A stretch of 64,000 bases of DNA from contig NC_135258.1 in the NCBI RefSeq assembly GCF_964204865.1, positions 9,796,001 to 9,860,000 on the forward strand. Reading direction: 5' to 3'. Both the position numbers and the translations under genes were made by a program. The DNA comes from Styela clava. Taxonomy: Eukaryota. The notes under the pieces were generated by a model, which did no database searches, was not told the origin of the DNA, and worked only from the letters and a program-made list of their open reading frames with translations. This document shows, one piece after another, positions 1 through 13,191 of this stretch. Each line of letters opens with the position of its first letter. Position 1 is the stretch's first letter.

Positions 1-298
1 GTCGAATGAATATTTGTAGAAGGCGTTGTACGGGCGCTATAACTGGATCGTGACCCTATTAGGCTACAAAAATTGACAATACAGTATTGTAAAAAAATCT
101 GTCTTATAGATATATATATATATATATGATAAAATGAAAATGGTAACTAATAACATCTTGACCGTTATTGCTTACTTGAAAACAACCAATTCCTCAAAAC
201 CCCAAAGACAAGTTCGCATTCTAATGTGTACTCGTTTTTTAAACCAACACTCAATCAAAAAATGATATTGTCATCAATTATTCTAACTTTATTTTCAG

Positions 299-2128
299 GT
301 CTGTCAGGTTTATTTGACAATTTTGCTTCAACCTTTGATAACTTGTTCAGCCCCCTCACTGGCTCACAAGGTAAATATTATATATCATGTTTTATTACTT
401 TTTGAAACTACTGTGTTTGTTAGCAAGTGATTGTAACGAAGACGAATATCTTTATGTTGAATGTTAGACTTTAAATTTATTGAATTGCGAGTTTAGTTGG
501 TATTTAGGCCTACACTTGGTTGCAATATGATGTTCACCAAATAAACATCTAGAGACCAAACAATTTGAAAAGCCATTTCCAAACTGTCTCGTCGTGTTCA
601 TACGCATATAGTTGATATCTTAGCCAAAAAGGCCACATAAGAGTATAAGAAAACTGCTTATGTCGTAAAAATTACTGGTATTTTACTACTCAGGAACTCT
701 CAGTAAACACCTATTACCCACTCTAAGAAAGCATTTTCAATGTGTTGAAATTGATAGTTTGTAAATAACTTGTAAACAACATGCTCAAGTTACAAATTTT
801 CATAATATCTGCGTACTAGCCCAAAGCAAATTCAACTTTCTACGCACTGACTGTATTTTGTTTGGATACATTACAACTGACGAAAAGATGTTCCCCAATT
901 TGTTACGTCACAATGACTATCCCCAATGATTCGGCCGACAGCTTACGTTTCCATATATTCAACAGTCTTTAATGTATCATTTCGGTAGTCCATGCAAGTT
1001 TGGTATTCTGCCTGACTTTTGAAAAAAGCGAATGCAATAGTTATATTGTAGCGAATGTGCATTGTGTAACTATGAATTATAATGTATTTAACCCTTTCAT
1101 ATTAATAGCATGTAATATTTCACAAAATAGGCCGCATTATGTTTCGCAACAGCGATAATGCATTCGCTCCATGTATTGCCTTTCTCGTTTCGACCAATTT
1201 GATGACGTATCGTTTCCGGTTTGCCGAGATTGCTCCATAATATTGTGCTTTTTGTTTCACTTGTGATCTGACCGTAATCTTACTGCATTAAGAATTAAGT
1301 GTGTACAATTTTATCTGTATTTGGAATTTGGATCGTGCATCTTTTCAATAATATACAACAATTCGACAATCAACATCGTGTGCTTATTATCGTCTGAGGG
1401 AATCCAGATTGGAGTCACATTCCATAACACGTCCAAAAATATAGGGAGAAGAGATGCGGTCTTAGGGATAAAGACTGTTAACCATAATATTCAAAGTTCG
1501 ATTCCCACGTTATTAATTTCACGTGTTATGGAATGTGACTCCAATCTGGATTCCCTCAGACGATAATAAGCACACGATGTTGATTGTCGAATTGTTGTAT
1601 ATTATTGAATAGATGCATGATTTAAATTCCAAATACAGATAAAATTGTACACACTTAATTCTTAATGCAGTAAGATTACGGTCAGATCACAAGTGAAACA
1701 AAAAGCACAATATTATAGAGCAATCTCGGCAAACCGGAAACGATACGTCATCAAATTGGTCGAAACGAGAAAGGCAATACATGGAGCGAATGCATTATCG
1801 CTGTTGCGAAACATAATGCGGCCTATATTGTGAAATATTACATGCTATTAATATGAAAGGGTTAAATACATTATAATCCATAGTTACACAATGCACATTC
1901 GCCACAACATACGTCAATGCTTGTACCTTTTTGTATCCAGGTAATAGATGTGCTTACAGTCCTATGCACCACGGATCTGGAGATAGCGGAAAAACATTTT
2001 CTCATGGATATAGTTTCAATGCGATGTGCAAAGGATATACAAACCGATATTACAATGTACGATGTAACGACGGGCAATGGATGTATGATGAAAGGCACTG
2101 TTCAACATCAGTTGTCCATCCTCTGTAA
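299..2128 (+). CDS. 3' exons of a small sushi/CCP-domain protein (exons 299-370 and 1941-2128)
   Basis: ttttcag|299..370|gtaaat and tatccag|1941 join in phase 1, giving GLSGLFDNFASTFDNLFSPLTGSQ-GNRCAYSPMHHGSGDSGKTFSHGYSFNAMCKGYTNRYYNVRCNDGQWMYDERHC...HPL*. The four Cys plus Trp spacing fits a CCP/sushi module. The 5' end is uncertain; an in-frame ATG at 262 is also possible. Confidence 0.6.
1042..1911. mobile_element. Foldback/MITE-like long inverted repeat (~390-bp arms, 88-bp spacer)
   Basis: 1042-1432 is the reverse complement of 1521-1911 with only a handful of mismatches (e.g. ...ttccataacacgt / acgtgttatggaa...). No coding capacity. Confidence 0.9.
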
Positions 2129-4330
2129 AATGTGCTCAAAAATCACTCAAAACAGCAGCATGACAACAGCATTACATTTTTGTTGAAATGTTGTAGACAA
2201 TACTTTGTATATGTATGATGGCCATGGGTAAACTTTATGTACATTTACCAATGTCATCTTTTATTCTTCGATAAATAAGATGCCTCAGCATTTTATAAGG
2301 GTTTTATTGTACTAATAATATCGTTGTCATTTATCATTTTATGCTTGTTACTGGCTATTATTAAATTCAAATATAAGTTAAATAATGAACCACAAAACTT
2401 ATGTGTACGTATTTTTACAATTGCTGCAAGACAGGGGCGTGGTTTTACAGCTTCTAATTTTATACTTTCATATTATGGTAGTAATTTCATGTTCTGTACC
2501 AGGTTGCACGTCATTTTTACATCAAATCAGCCCTCAATTTGCCTCTGATCTTATGAAAATTGCTTAATTGTAGAATTCTCCTTGTTTATGAAATTTAAAT
2601 GTCGTGTTATCTACGTACAACCAATTTTTATTACTCTGGTAAAAGTGGAGAGATCGCTCCCTTATACTGGTAACAGTCGGTGGTTGACTTTTAGATTATC
2701 TTGATTTGCCGACGTTTCAAATCCTGTCAACATATACACAACATATCTGATCGAAAGCGATAATGATTTACGCAGAGTAATGATAAAGACAATCTATTTA
2801 TACGCACTGTAACAGTTCTGGAACAGATTCTAAAAAATACGCAAATTTCCATGACTTTTCAAGATTAATGATTACCAAGTAGATTAGCTTTGGAAACAAT
2901 AGCTGGCTGGGAAATTATAACTGTTATATTGTTGGTCTTTCAAGCCTGACATAAGAAAGGATCGATGGTTCAGGACGATATCTATCTTTGATCGTAATTC
3001 ACCAGTAATTCTTTGACCAGACAACTTAACTGAATATGCAGCCAGGCCAAGCGAATACGCGAATCGGTCATGTTCATCTTAACTTATATTCTATTCACCG
3101 GAAGCATAAATAAGTGTAGGTGCTGAAATGGTGTAACTAATTAATGTGTAACTTTTACGTAGTGTAAAATAAGTGTCCATCTCATAATGATACGATTGTA
3201 CAATAAGTTAACGATTTTTCAATTTAATTTGATTATGTAATTGTACCCGGAGTAAATTTTCATTAATAATGTTATTGAATCATCCAAAATTAAATTTATA
3301 TTCATTAGACCAAAATACAAATAGGCTGTTGATTGTCTTAGATTGGATAGTTGAATAGCAGTATAACGTACTGTAAAGCACATCTAAACCTACCGCTGTA
3401 AGAGCAAAACAACATGAACAAATTGGTGTTTGTTAGGCAGTTTGCGATCACGTATCAGTACGATAAAGAAGATAAATATATAAAAACAAGCGCGTATAAC
3501 ACGTCACAGGTGATATTGAATTATATGCAATTTACGTATTATTGTACTTATTGTTACACACCCAGAGGGTCATGACGATAGCAAAGTCGTTATTTGATAT
3601 TTTCGCTTTCAGTAATCCATTATATATTATGTTCGTAAATTTTGGCGAGTTAATAATTTGTGAAGATATTAAACTTTTCGTGAGTGCGCCCACAATTTAA
3701 AATTATTTCATTCGAAGCAGCATACGAATCGAGCAGCTCCAACAACTTAATAAATAGCAAGGAGAGGGAACAATGCCCAAAGGCAGTACCAAAGTTACAG
3801 TACAATACGTAAACATGAAAAAATTATCTATATTGTATTAGTATAAAAGAAAAATTCCACCAATTGAACAGTCATATCACACTGAGTAATCGTGTTCTAT
3901 AATTTCACACACATAGTAGAAATAAAAGAAGAAAATTGAAAATAAAAATTATTAATATGTACAAAATTAGAACAATAAAAAGAATTTCATACTTCAATGG
4001 ATAGATAAAAACCAATAGTATTGCCTATGCATTACTTTTAATTTGTGGAAGATGGCGGCTAATCAGCACCAAAGATTTATGTCCTGTTTTATAGAATCTT
4101 CATTTAAGATCGTGGTTATGCGAAGCGTCCAAAAAGAAAAGACCTTTTAATAAAAGGCAATATATATACAAAATTCAACTATTCTATTTCCTCTTTTTCT
4201 CAGGTATTGCAATACAAGTATGAAAATACCGTCTAACAATGTATAATTGTCTTTGCCAAGTAGAAAAAATAGTTAGAACTTTTGATTATCATTGAAGTTC
4301 GATTCGAGTTTTTTGGCAATTTTCAACCTA

Positions 4331-7300
4331 CTACATATTCGATTCGTTTGTAGAGTTACTTGCTCCCTTTGAGTTTCTGTTTACGGCACCATAAACATCA
4401 GCTGGTTCGTGGGATCCATTCAAATTACCGTTTGTACTGCAATAATCAGAAAGTTTTTACTCCAGTTTAATTAGATTAGCAAAATGTAGTCTATGTAACT
4501 TCAAATTCTACAATTGAAAATTCTATGTTTTTTTGAATTAAGCTAGTTTTTAAACATATTTTTCTTTGTAGCAGTGCGTAGTTGTAAAACTTGTTTACAT
4601 TTTAATTGGAACTACCGAAGGCCACCACCCGACTTAACACGTTAGAATTGTTCCTTTACCGCCACCTACTGTGAGTTAACTTACCTATGATGCCCATTTT
4701 GATAAACGTTATCATTAGTTGTACTTGAATTAATAAGAACTGGAGTTTCCAATCTTTCTCTTCTCTGAAAATAAGTGAACCAACTATCACACTGCTGAAG
4801 CTTTTTGACAGATAGAATTCAATAATTGATCGTCATATTTAAAGCATATTTAAGAACAGAAGATCTATGCTCAAATATATGGACACGTGGCGCCACATAG
4901 TGGCAACTTTTGATGACGTCTAGCACAAATAAAACGAATGCCATGCAGCTCACCGGAATATTTGAAATAAAAAAAGCAATAGCCTTCTAGCGAAAAACCT
5001 AATCTTCAATCAATGAAAATTTTGAAGCAATTGTCAGGCTTGTTCATGGGACATATTTTTTGTCCCATTCCCATTCCATAGCAATTATGCCTGTCCCATC
5101 CCATCCCATGGGATTCCTATTGGAATAAAATTCAATAAAAATTGTTACATTTGGGTTTAGCGTCTACTAAATAGGACTAACAAAACAACAAATTTCATGG
5201 ACTTTGTTAACTTTATATTCATACCTATAATAAATGTGTCCATCAGCCCCTTCACGAAGTATATTGCTAATGCTGAATATATTTGGCTCTTTATAATTAA
5301 CAGAAGAGATATTCTCAAATATATGGACACGAAGTTCATCACAAAATGTTTTACCATCATTTTCCCGAAAATCATACGGTTTTCGTGTCCCATGGGATAT
5401 ACAAATGTGTGCTGTCCCATCCCATCCCATGGGGCGTTTCCCATGGACAAGCATGACAATTGGTCCAGTAATCGAAGCGAAAAGCATTTTTTTTCATAAC
5501 GATACCAAGAAGAATACAAATAAAAACAACAAGAAGAAGAGTTCCAGCATAAAATGCAAAACGATCGTTATGTCCATTAACGTGTCCAATAATTAAACTT
5601 ACCCTGCGTCTTCGTCGATGATGCAGACTACAAATCAATATGATCAGCAGAACCAAGAATATCAGGAAAAATGATGCAGCAACCACAATAAGCACAATGA
5701 CGAGGTCAACTATATAAAATGAAAAATGAAATTTGTTATTTTGTGAAACTCCGTAGATTGAAGACACTTACTGTAATAGAACTGGTGTTTTGTCGGTGAA
5801 AATAAACACAAATGCAACAGACACAGACACACGAACGTTTGGTTGACTTTACTAAAATTAAGTGTTTAGTATTCACAAGACTTCTAGTTACTGACTTTTC
5901 ATTTCAAAATAGCGATTGATTCATATGTATATATATGCAATTGAACCTTTATTCTGAATGAAGGGAAGTTTTTATTGATAATATTAACTCCATGGCGCCA
6001 TAAAACAATCTAATTTTGTATCTCCAACTTTTAGGAGGCTGTCGATGTCGTCAGACTTTAAATACAAGAGAGCTAAGCTCAAATATATGGACACGTCACA
6101 AGGTGTCGCTATTTTTCATTCTGACACATAAAAAACGAATCTCTTGAAGTCCACAGAAATTTTTGAAATAAGTAAAAGTGATAGCCTTCTGGCGATGAAA
6201 TTAATCTTTAACCACTGAAAATTTCAAAGCAATCAGTCAAGTATTCGAAGAGAAAAGCGATTTTATCATGACCAAGGAAAAGAATAATAATAATAACAAG
6301 AGAGCTATGCTCAAATATAGGACCACGTAGCGCCACCTAATAGCAATAATTTTGATGACGTCATAGCAAAAAAAAGCAATAGCTTTTTGAAGAAAATTTT
6401 TATCTTTAACCACTGGAAATTCAAAGCAATTGGTCCAGTAATCAAAGAGTAAAGCGACTTTTTAAAAACGTGTCAAAGAACAAGAACAACAACATAATAT
6501 TGAAACGATCGCTATGTCCACTACGTGTCCAATAATAATTAGCAGGTAGTGAAATAAACAGATTATTTAGGAATACAACTTAAGCCCCGGTAAAAGTACA
6601 AATATGTTACCTCTAGTTTCCGTCGTTCCTTGTGCTGTTGTGTTAGTAACACTAGCTGAATCTAATATCTTTGCCGAAGTTACAATATACTGATCCCGGG
6701 GCTGATTGCAAATCTACGAAAAAGTTGCTGTTTGTATTTACCATCAATCACATAAACTACCTAAGTTGCTACATTCTTTTTATGTACGAATAACGAGTAT
6801 ATTTTAAATGGAAGCTTTGAGTCGAAACGATTTCTACGATAAAATTTTATTTGTTTAGTGGTTCATACATCTGTGTTATCAAACCGACTGTTGTTTTCAA
6901 AAAGAACATTTGCCACAGTTGAGAGCCAATTTTATTGAGTCTTAGAGCAACGTATGAATTTTGAAAATCTATTTTTAATTTCTTTCTCTTTTTCTCTATA
7001 ACTAAAAACCATTAAAAATATAAATCTTACCAAAAGACATCCAATTATTCCAGGACATTTTGTTGAGATATCACACTGCAGATAGTAACTATTCACACTT
7101 TCTGGTGGCGGAAGGAGAAATTTTCCGTATAATTTGTGAACTCCTCGTGCGTAGTCAAATTCGGTGTAGTAAGCAATTTCTTGAGGGCATCTGTCCAACA
7201 TATTTGATATAGTGAATTAGTTAAATTCTAATTCCACATTAATATTTTGCTCAAAAAAGGTGTCTATTTTGTATAGTCGTCTCCAGCCAAATAGCACCAT

Positions 7301-8569
7301 AATATCATTGGGGATTCGATATTTAAAGCGATCGGGGGAATAATTTTCAAAACAAAATGCTGAAGTATTTTTGCAACACTTGAGGGACGATTTATTGTTT
7401 GAAAATTTTATAATTTAAAATTTAAGCTTTCCAAGTTTTGGTGCAGTTCCAGTCAAATTTCATTTCCAATGACGGAATCGAGAGCAAAATATAGATTTAT
7501 TTGCATCAAATCTAACAATAATGTTGCCTTTACGTGGTTGAACACCCTGTAAAATTAACTGATATATATTCGGCGACAAGTATCAATATTTCATTCTGAA
7601 CACCTTCTTAGTTTTAAGTGTTTTTTTTAAATAATTTTCAAAAAATATTATGTTTATAGCCAAACCTACCCTTTCTTGAGTATGTGAAATTTTTCACCGC
7701 TGCTAGGGTCTGTAGTTAACCAACAATCATACATTGCCAAAGATACACCTTGATTTGTTACAATGGCAGCAAACACCCATGAATCGCGATTTAATTCGGG
7801 ATTGAGCAGTCGTTGTGAATATGTTTGGTCCTAAATGTAATTAGTTATAATGCACGTGATATCAGTGAGGTATCATTAAATTATGAAATATTGTAGTAAA
7901 CATTTTTTAGTGTTAATAAGTAATTAAAAATCATTTCAATCGTTGTCTTTCTAAAATATATATTCAATCCGGGAAATACAAGCATTCAATAAAATTTTCA
8001 AGTGAAATTAAGTCATGGACAAGAAGATAGATCGAATAATCTTTGTTTTGACTGCTAGACAACTAAATCATATGACAAGAATATTTTATAAGAAGTCCTA
8101 ACATCCAGTTATACCCTGTATATATGAAGTGAAGCACAAATACTGGTTAACGGACTCGTTGTTGAATTTACGATTGAGCACTGAGCATTGGCGAAGTTGA
8201 GGTAGATCATGAAAATGAATCCTGCTAAAGATAACATTTATATGAATTAGCAATAGGTGAAAACACACTAATTTATCTACATGCATGTATAAGAGATATA
8301 ATTGAGATATATGGGGTGGCAGAAGCGATGATACATTGAAAAACTTCAAAAACACACCACCAATACGCATTAGTGCCAAAAATGATAGACCTCACACAAA
8401 GAATAAAGAGCACGTAATGTTATCCTTTGGGGGCTTAACCATAATGCTAGGGCAAAGATGATTCCATTATTACTTATATCTAGCTATATATTATATATTA
8501 GTTAATATTATCACTACTAAAATTACAAAGAAAATTACCTATTGAAAGATGCTGTAGTTGTTGACTCAT
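4331..8569 (-). CDS. Type-I membrane protein with a single ZP-C-like domain, 284 aa; exons 8569-8539, 8221-8115, 7830-7670, 7190-7031, 6713-6611, 5709-5603, 4764-4685, 4436-4331
   Basis: All eight exons have GT-AG sites and compatible phases (855 nt, open frame). Signal peptide MSQQLQHLSIGFIFMIYLNFANA. ZP-C-like motifs SLHIYRDQTYSQ, MYDCWLTTDPSSGEKFHILKKGCP and YYLQCDISTKC. TM helix VIVLIVVAASFFLIFLVLLIILIC followed by poly-Arg. Tail carries DNVYQN and DVYGAV. Confidence 0.8.
4853..6535. mobile_element. Cluster of a short non-autonomous repeat family (Helentron/HINE-like), copies ~4853-5592, ~6063-6295, ~6295-6535, fragment ~5298
   Basis: Shared start AACAAGAGAGCTATGCTCAAATATATGGACACGT with a GAGC-TAT-GCTC hairpin, an internal AAC/AAG microsatellite, and a subterminal inverted copy ACGTGTCCAATA at the other end. 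The family assignment is inference. Confidence 0.6.
5034..5456. mobile_element. MITE inserted into the first HINE-like copy
   Basis: TIR TCAGGCTTGTTCATGGGA...TCCCATGGACAAGCATGA, flanked by duplicated CAATTG (5028-5033, 5457-5462). The sister copy at ~6426 shows the empty site GCAATTGGTCCAG. Confidence 0.8.
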
Positions 8570-11500
8570 ACTGCTATATTCAGTACTCCGCTGTTTCAAT
8601 ATTATTTACAAAAAATCTGCAGTATATATATCTTGGGCAATGAACGTTAAACAAACATTTACCGATTCTTACAGCATAAAATGTGATAAAACTGTAAATA
8701 TATCTATAGTTTTAGTTGGGAAACAAAAATAGAGGGAGAGGTCTCGTACTTTGTACTAAAAATCAATTGATGAATCACTTCACTAAACTTGGATAGTTCG
8801 TATTCTTTGTTCTCGTCTAAGCATAAGCTTTTATCATAACAAGAGTCTATATCTTTATTGCTCGATTTGCCCTTATCAATTTGACTTTCCTATGAAATAT
8901 GCTATAGATATTATACGACAAACAGTCTAACCGATATTTTCATTTTTCTCGTAATAAAGCTTCTTTTTAAAATGTGTAACGTTCATAACGCGAATCTTGA
9001 ATAAGGGTTGGGTAAGGAAATTGAGCGTTACATTATTAAATGGGAGAAGTACTCATGTTGGGGTTGGGTCGCTGACGTCACTGAAATGACTGGTCGCTTG
9101 TAAACCCCATCGCTCATAAACCTTATCGCGAGAAATGATTCGTTTCAGATGAATAACTGTCGATAATAAACCGCATTTGTCAAATGAATATTTGGTTAAG
9201 CTTATATTAATATACCATAAATGACCTTAGTAAACTTTACTATTGAATGCTTAATTTAGAACAATTCTGCTTTAAGTTGAATAAAATCTGAATGGATTTT
9301 AAGAGCAAGACACATATGATTAAAAATAAAACTAGGAGAAACTTTGTATATGAGCTTCAATATTTTTCTTCGTGTTTTGACTTTTTGCAGGGGCCGAATT
9401 ACCGCCAAACTTCCTGTAAGGGCCTCTTAATATGTAATATCGAGTGTATAAAGAAATATATTTGGTAAAATGTTTTCGAGTTCTTACTCTTGTCAGGTGT
9501 ACAAGTGTAGGTGAAATTTAAACATAAAGGATCGTTTTTTTAAAAATAAAAATAAATCGGCTCGGTTTTAGAAAATATACTAAACGTCCACAAAGGTTCA
9601 AACTGAAAAATTATGATACCAGCCAAACAACCAAATTTCTCATTTTTTAATATTATGATGAAAGTAACGTCGCATCGCTCCCCCTTATTCCCTTGATTGT
9701 GTCATCACACCTAACCCGAAACTACCTAAGTTATCAGAAGGCGTGTCGTGTAAATTTAGTAACCACGTCTTTTTTTAAATTAGGAATGTCGAGTTAAAGT
9801 AAAAAAAAAACTAAAGATTTTTTTTTGTTCATGATAATATAAGCCAGGCTACACCGGGTCGTATCTTCAACGTCTACGCCAACAACATATAACGCATATA
9901 TGATGGGATTCACAATTTTAAGAAGGGTTATCTTTTGTATGAAAATCACAACAACAGGTTCCCTAATTTCAGAAATCATGCTGAACCTATATCTTCAAAA
10001 CTGTACTTTATATTTACTAATTTATGTGACTACGTAAGCTACAATAAGACGAGACGCTATACATAAATCTTATACATAACTCACGAAACGCCTAATATAA
10101 CATCAGTCGGTCAGCTCAAAATCGGGTTCGCTGCCCATCACGACATTCCAATAACGGGTTCGCTTGAACTCATGTCAACCCTCCCAATTCCACCTCTGCG
10201 CGTAAGTATTATTGCACGTAGCTGCACAAAAGAAACCTTTCTTTTCTGTCCATATATATATATGTCATACCTCAAGTTTAAAAATTTCTTTTCGTGTAAC
10301 GTAGTTGCTAAAATATCAACATTTTCTAAATTACCATAGTCGAAGACAACTTTCACTGTCCGTCCGCTCACTGATCTTAGTTGAGTACGGATAATGCTGT
10401 CAGTCCCTTTCTTTTAAAAATTATCCTATTACAACACAAAACGATCATTAATTTATAGTAAAAGAACCGTAGCGCCCATGTGACATTACCTGAAATAATT
10501 CTCCATATTCACTGACCAATTTAAGTTTTATATGGAAAGGAATTACTGGTTGCCACACCTTTAGTGTTACGCTTTCTTACTCTGAATTAGCCGACACGAC
10601 AAGGTAAAAATTTTACCATATGCCACGATGTGTTTACCAGCCTGCATCTTTACAAGATTGCGTGTTTAGCAAAATCTTAACGCTCAATAATGATAAGAAA
10701 TACGATTGAGAATAAAATAGACAATAAAATTATTGCTGAAACAAAATATACATCAAGTTCCTTTACGGTCGAGTACAAGTTCGATCTTTTCTCGTCAAAT
10801 TTTCTTTAAAAAGGTAGATAGATTACCTTGTAACTATCATAACATTTTCTGATATTTTTTAGAGTACTTATTAGCTCTTTGAAGTGAAGTTTAAAAACAT
10901 GGAGTTGACTTTGTTGTTTGCAATTAGGTGTGAATGAGCGGTTATGACTTGTTTAAAATCATAAACATCCAATGAGTTTAATAAAAAAATGACTTATGGC
11001 GCGAAAATTTTTGTCCGAGATATCTAAATAAAAAGTCAAAGATGAAAGAAAAATGAAACGAAATATTTATTGTTATCGATGAGCAACAAACAAAATTGAT
11101 AACCATTGTCAACGGCAGAAACTGGATGACGATCAAAAAATTTACCCTGTGGTTAATGTTGAATCATGTCAAATAATTAAATACGCAATATTTTTTGTTT
11201 GATGTTTTTATCGTTCCTTGTTCACCGTTACATTGTTTGTGTGGTTATTTCAAAATTCTCCAAAATCCAAGACAAACAAAAAAACAATACAACACTTTGA
11301 GAGTATTTTAGGACGAACATTGTTTGAACATATAGTCCATTTTCTCAGGGTCGTTAAAATATATCATACAGTATAGTTATTTAATTATGGATAGGATAGT
11401 TTAAGCGCACTGGATAATCAACTCGATATAAAATAAATTCATAATGTGTATTGAACTCTATCTTTTTGTGACAGTCTGTAAAGAACTCCACTATCCATGA

Positions 11501-13191
11501 CCACATTTGAAAAGTTTGCTTCAAAACCGTGATTCCGGTGCGCTAAACTGTATTCACTAAACGTGCCAAACAAGGTTTATTGGTGTATTATCTTCCCATT
11601 AGAACTAATAGCATATTAATATCACAATTATGTAATGCATGTATATGATACACGATTCACAAGATGGACAAATCAATACACAAAGCAGAAATTTGATAAT
11701 ATAGCATCTGAGTGTTATTTTACAATCCGTATTCATTTGCCATGAGACGACAGGAAATCCGTTACCCATAAATTGTTGTGTTCAAGATTTCAAAAGTCAT
11801 TAGATCACATTTATATCAAAATGTAACTTAACTATGATTACTGAAATTCTGATACCGCCCGATACGGAATCTTGCAAATGAATAAATTTTATATTTTTCC
11901 GAAGACACTCGCGCGCAATGACTTTAATGGGTAGATGTATGTACACTGTTAGTCATTTGATATAATGAATGCCAGCTGTTATGATATGAGGCAAATCACC
12001 CAGCAACTTGCGCGCAATCACCCGAAACAGTTTTTCTAAGACTACAACCATTTTCTATAACGGGTTCATGCGCACTATAGAAAAATATATAAAGCCTAGT
12101 GATAATACCACATTTTTGAATATATTTTCCAGAATTACAACATTTGACGAAGCGGCCACTTACAAATTACTGCATTGTATTGGTGCACATATATGGCTTA
12201 CGGATTACGAGCTACCATCGCGAAGTATAAAGCCAACACTTTACAGTATCACGGAAATTCAAGTCAATAAATTCAAAATGTTGATAGTATATATATTTCC
12301 ATCGCAATCAATTGAATGAGAGATTCAATTATTATGGTTTATTGTGAAACAATAAGACGACATTTTAAATAGGCGGTTCGGTTTGTTTGTACATTCGTTT
12401 CATGTTTCTTCCTTCTATTGTTACTGCCTTTTAAATTCACAGTCTTTTTGTTAGATATGTTGGATCAACTGAGCCTGTATAGAGATATTATAGGAGACTA
12501 GATGTTGTTAGTACCAACAGGAATATTGTAGACTTGAAATAAATTAGTAATGAAATAACTTGTGTAATCATATGATCTAAAATTATTCAAATTGGGCAAA
12601 ATAAGATAAAGAAATTTTATGTCGAATCCTATACCTTGAGGGTTTAATTTCGAAATATGCGATTTTTTAATATCACTTATAAATAATATGTTTAGTCATA
12701 AAAGGTAAGTTTATAACGACAAATAGGCAATCGTTTCACTCGGTTTCCTGTAAATTCTATGCTACGTGACATGATTGTACTCACAAATGGAATTTGCGGA
12801 TAAAATTTATTTATGTAACAAAGTATAATTAAATGTTCTGTAGAATACTGTAGCGATGATGTCATATGATTATTTTCAGAAATATGTGGTGTTTGAGTAA
12901 TTCAAGTAGTAAGTTATATATTGTAGCCTCAGTTTTAGAGAAAAGCTCGCGATTGATCTCAATAATTGCAAGGGTTAAAATAACAAACTAATGGTCATGG
13001 AACCTTCAAAATATATATCATTTTAAGAAACGACGTTTGAATTTGGAGAAGAGATCACCATCGACAAGTCCCAATACCAAAATATAATGGACACCAGACA
13101 GTTTTTTTATTATTTTACAGATCAACGCCGAAATGTAATACTGCCATAGATTTACGTTTGCAATTTTGATTCAGTTCAAAACCTAAACAAG

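Noticed and set aside
1321-1566. 81-aa ORF across the foldback centre
   Set aside because: No transposase similarity; a chance frame across the inverted repeat and spacer.
7200-7547. Apparent exon upstream of the 6932-7201 ORF
   Set aside because: Contains stops in the frames tested. The acceptor at 7190 gives a clean KKG|CP join instead.
12008-12319. 103-aa ORF, plus ORFs at 36445-37647 and 58159-59524
   Set aside because: No recognisable domain or consistent splice chain; these look like chance ORFs in AT-rich or low-complexity DNA.
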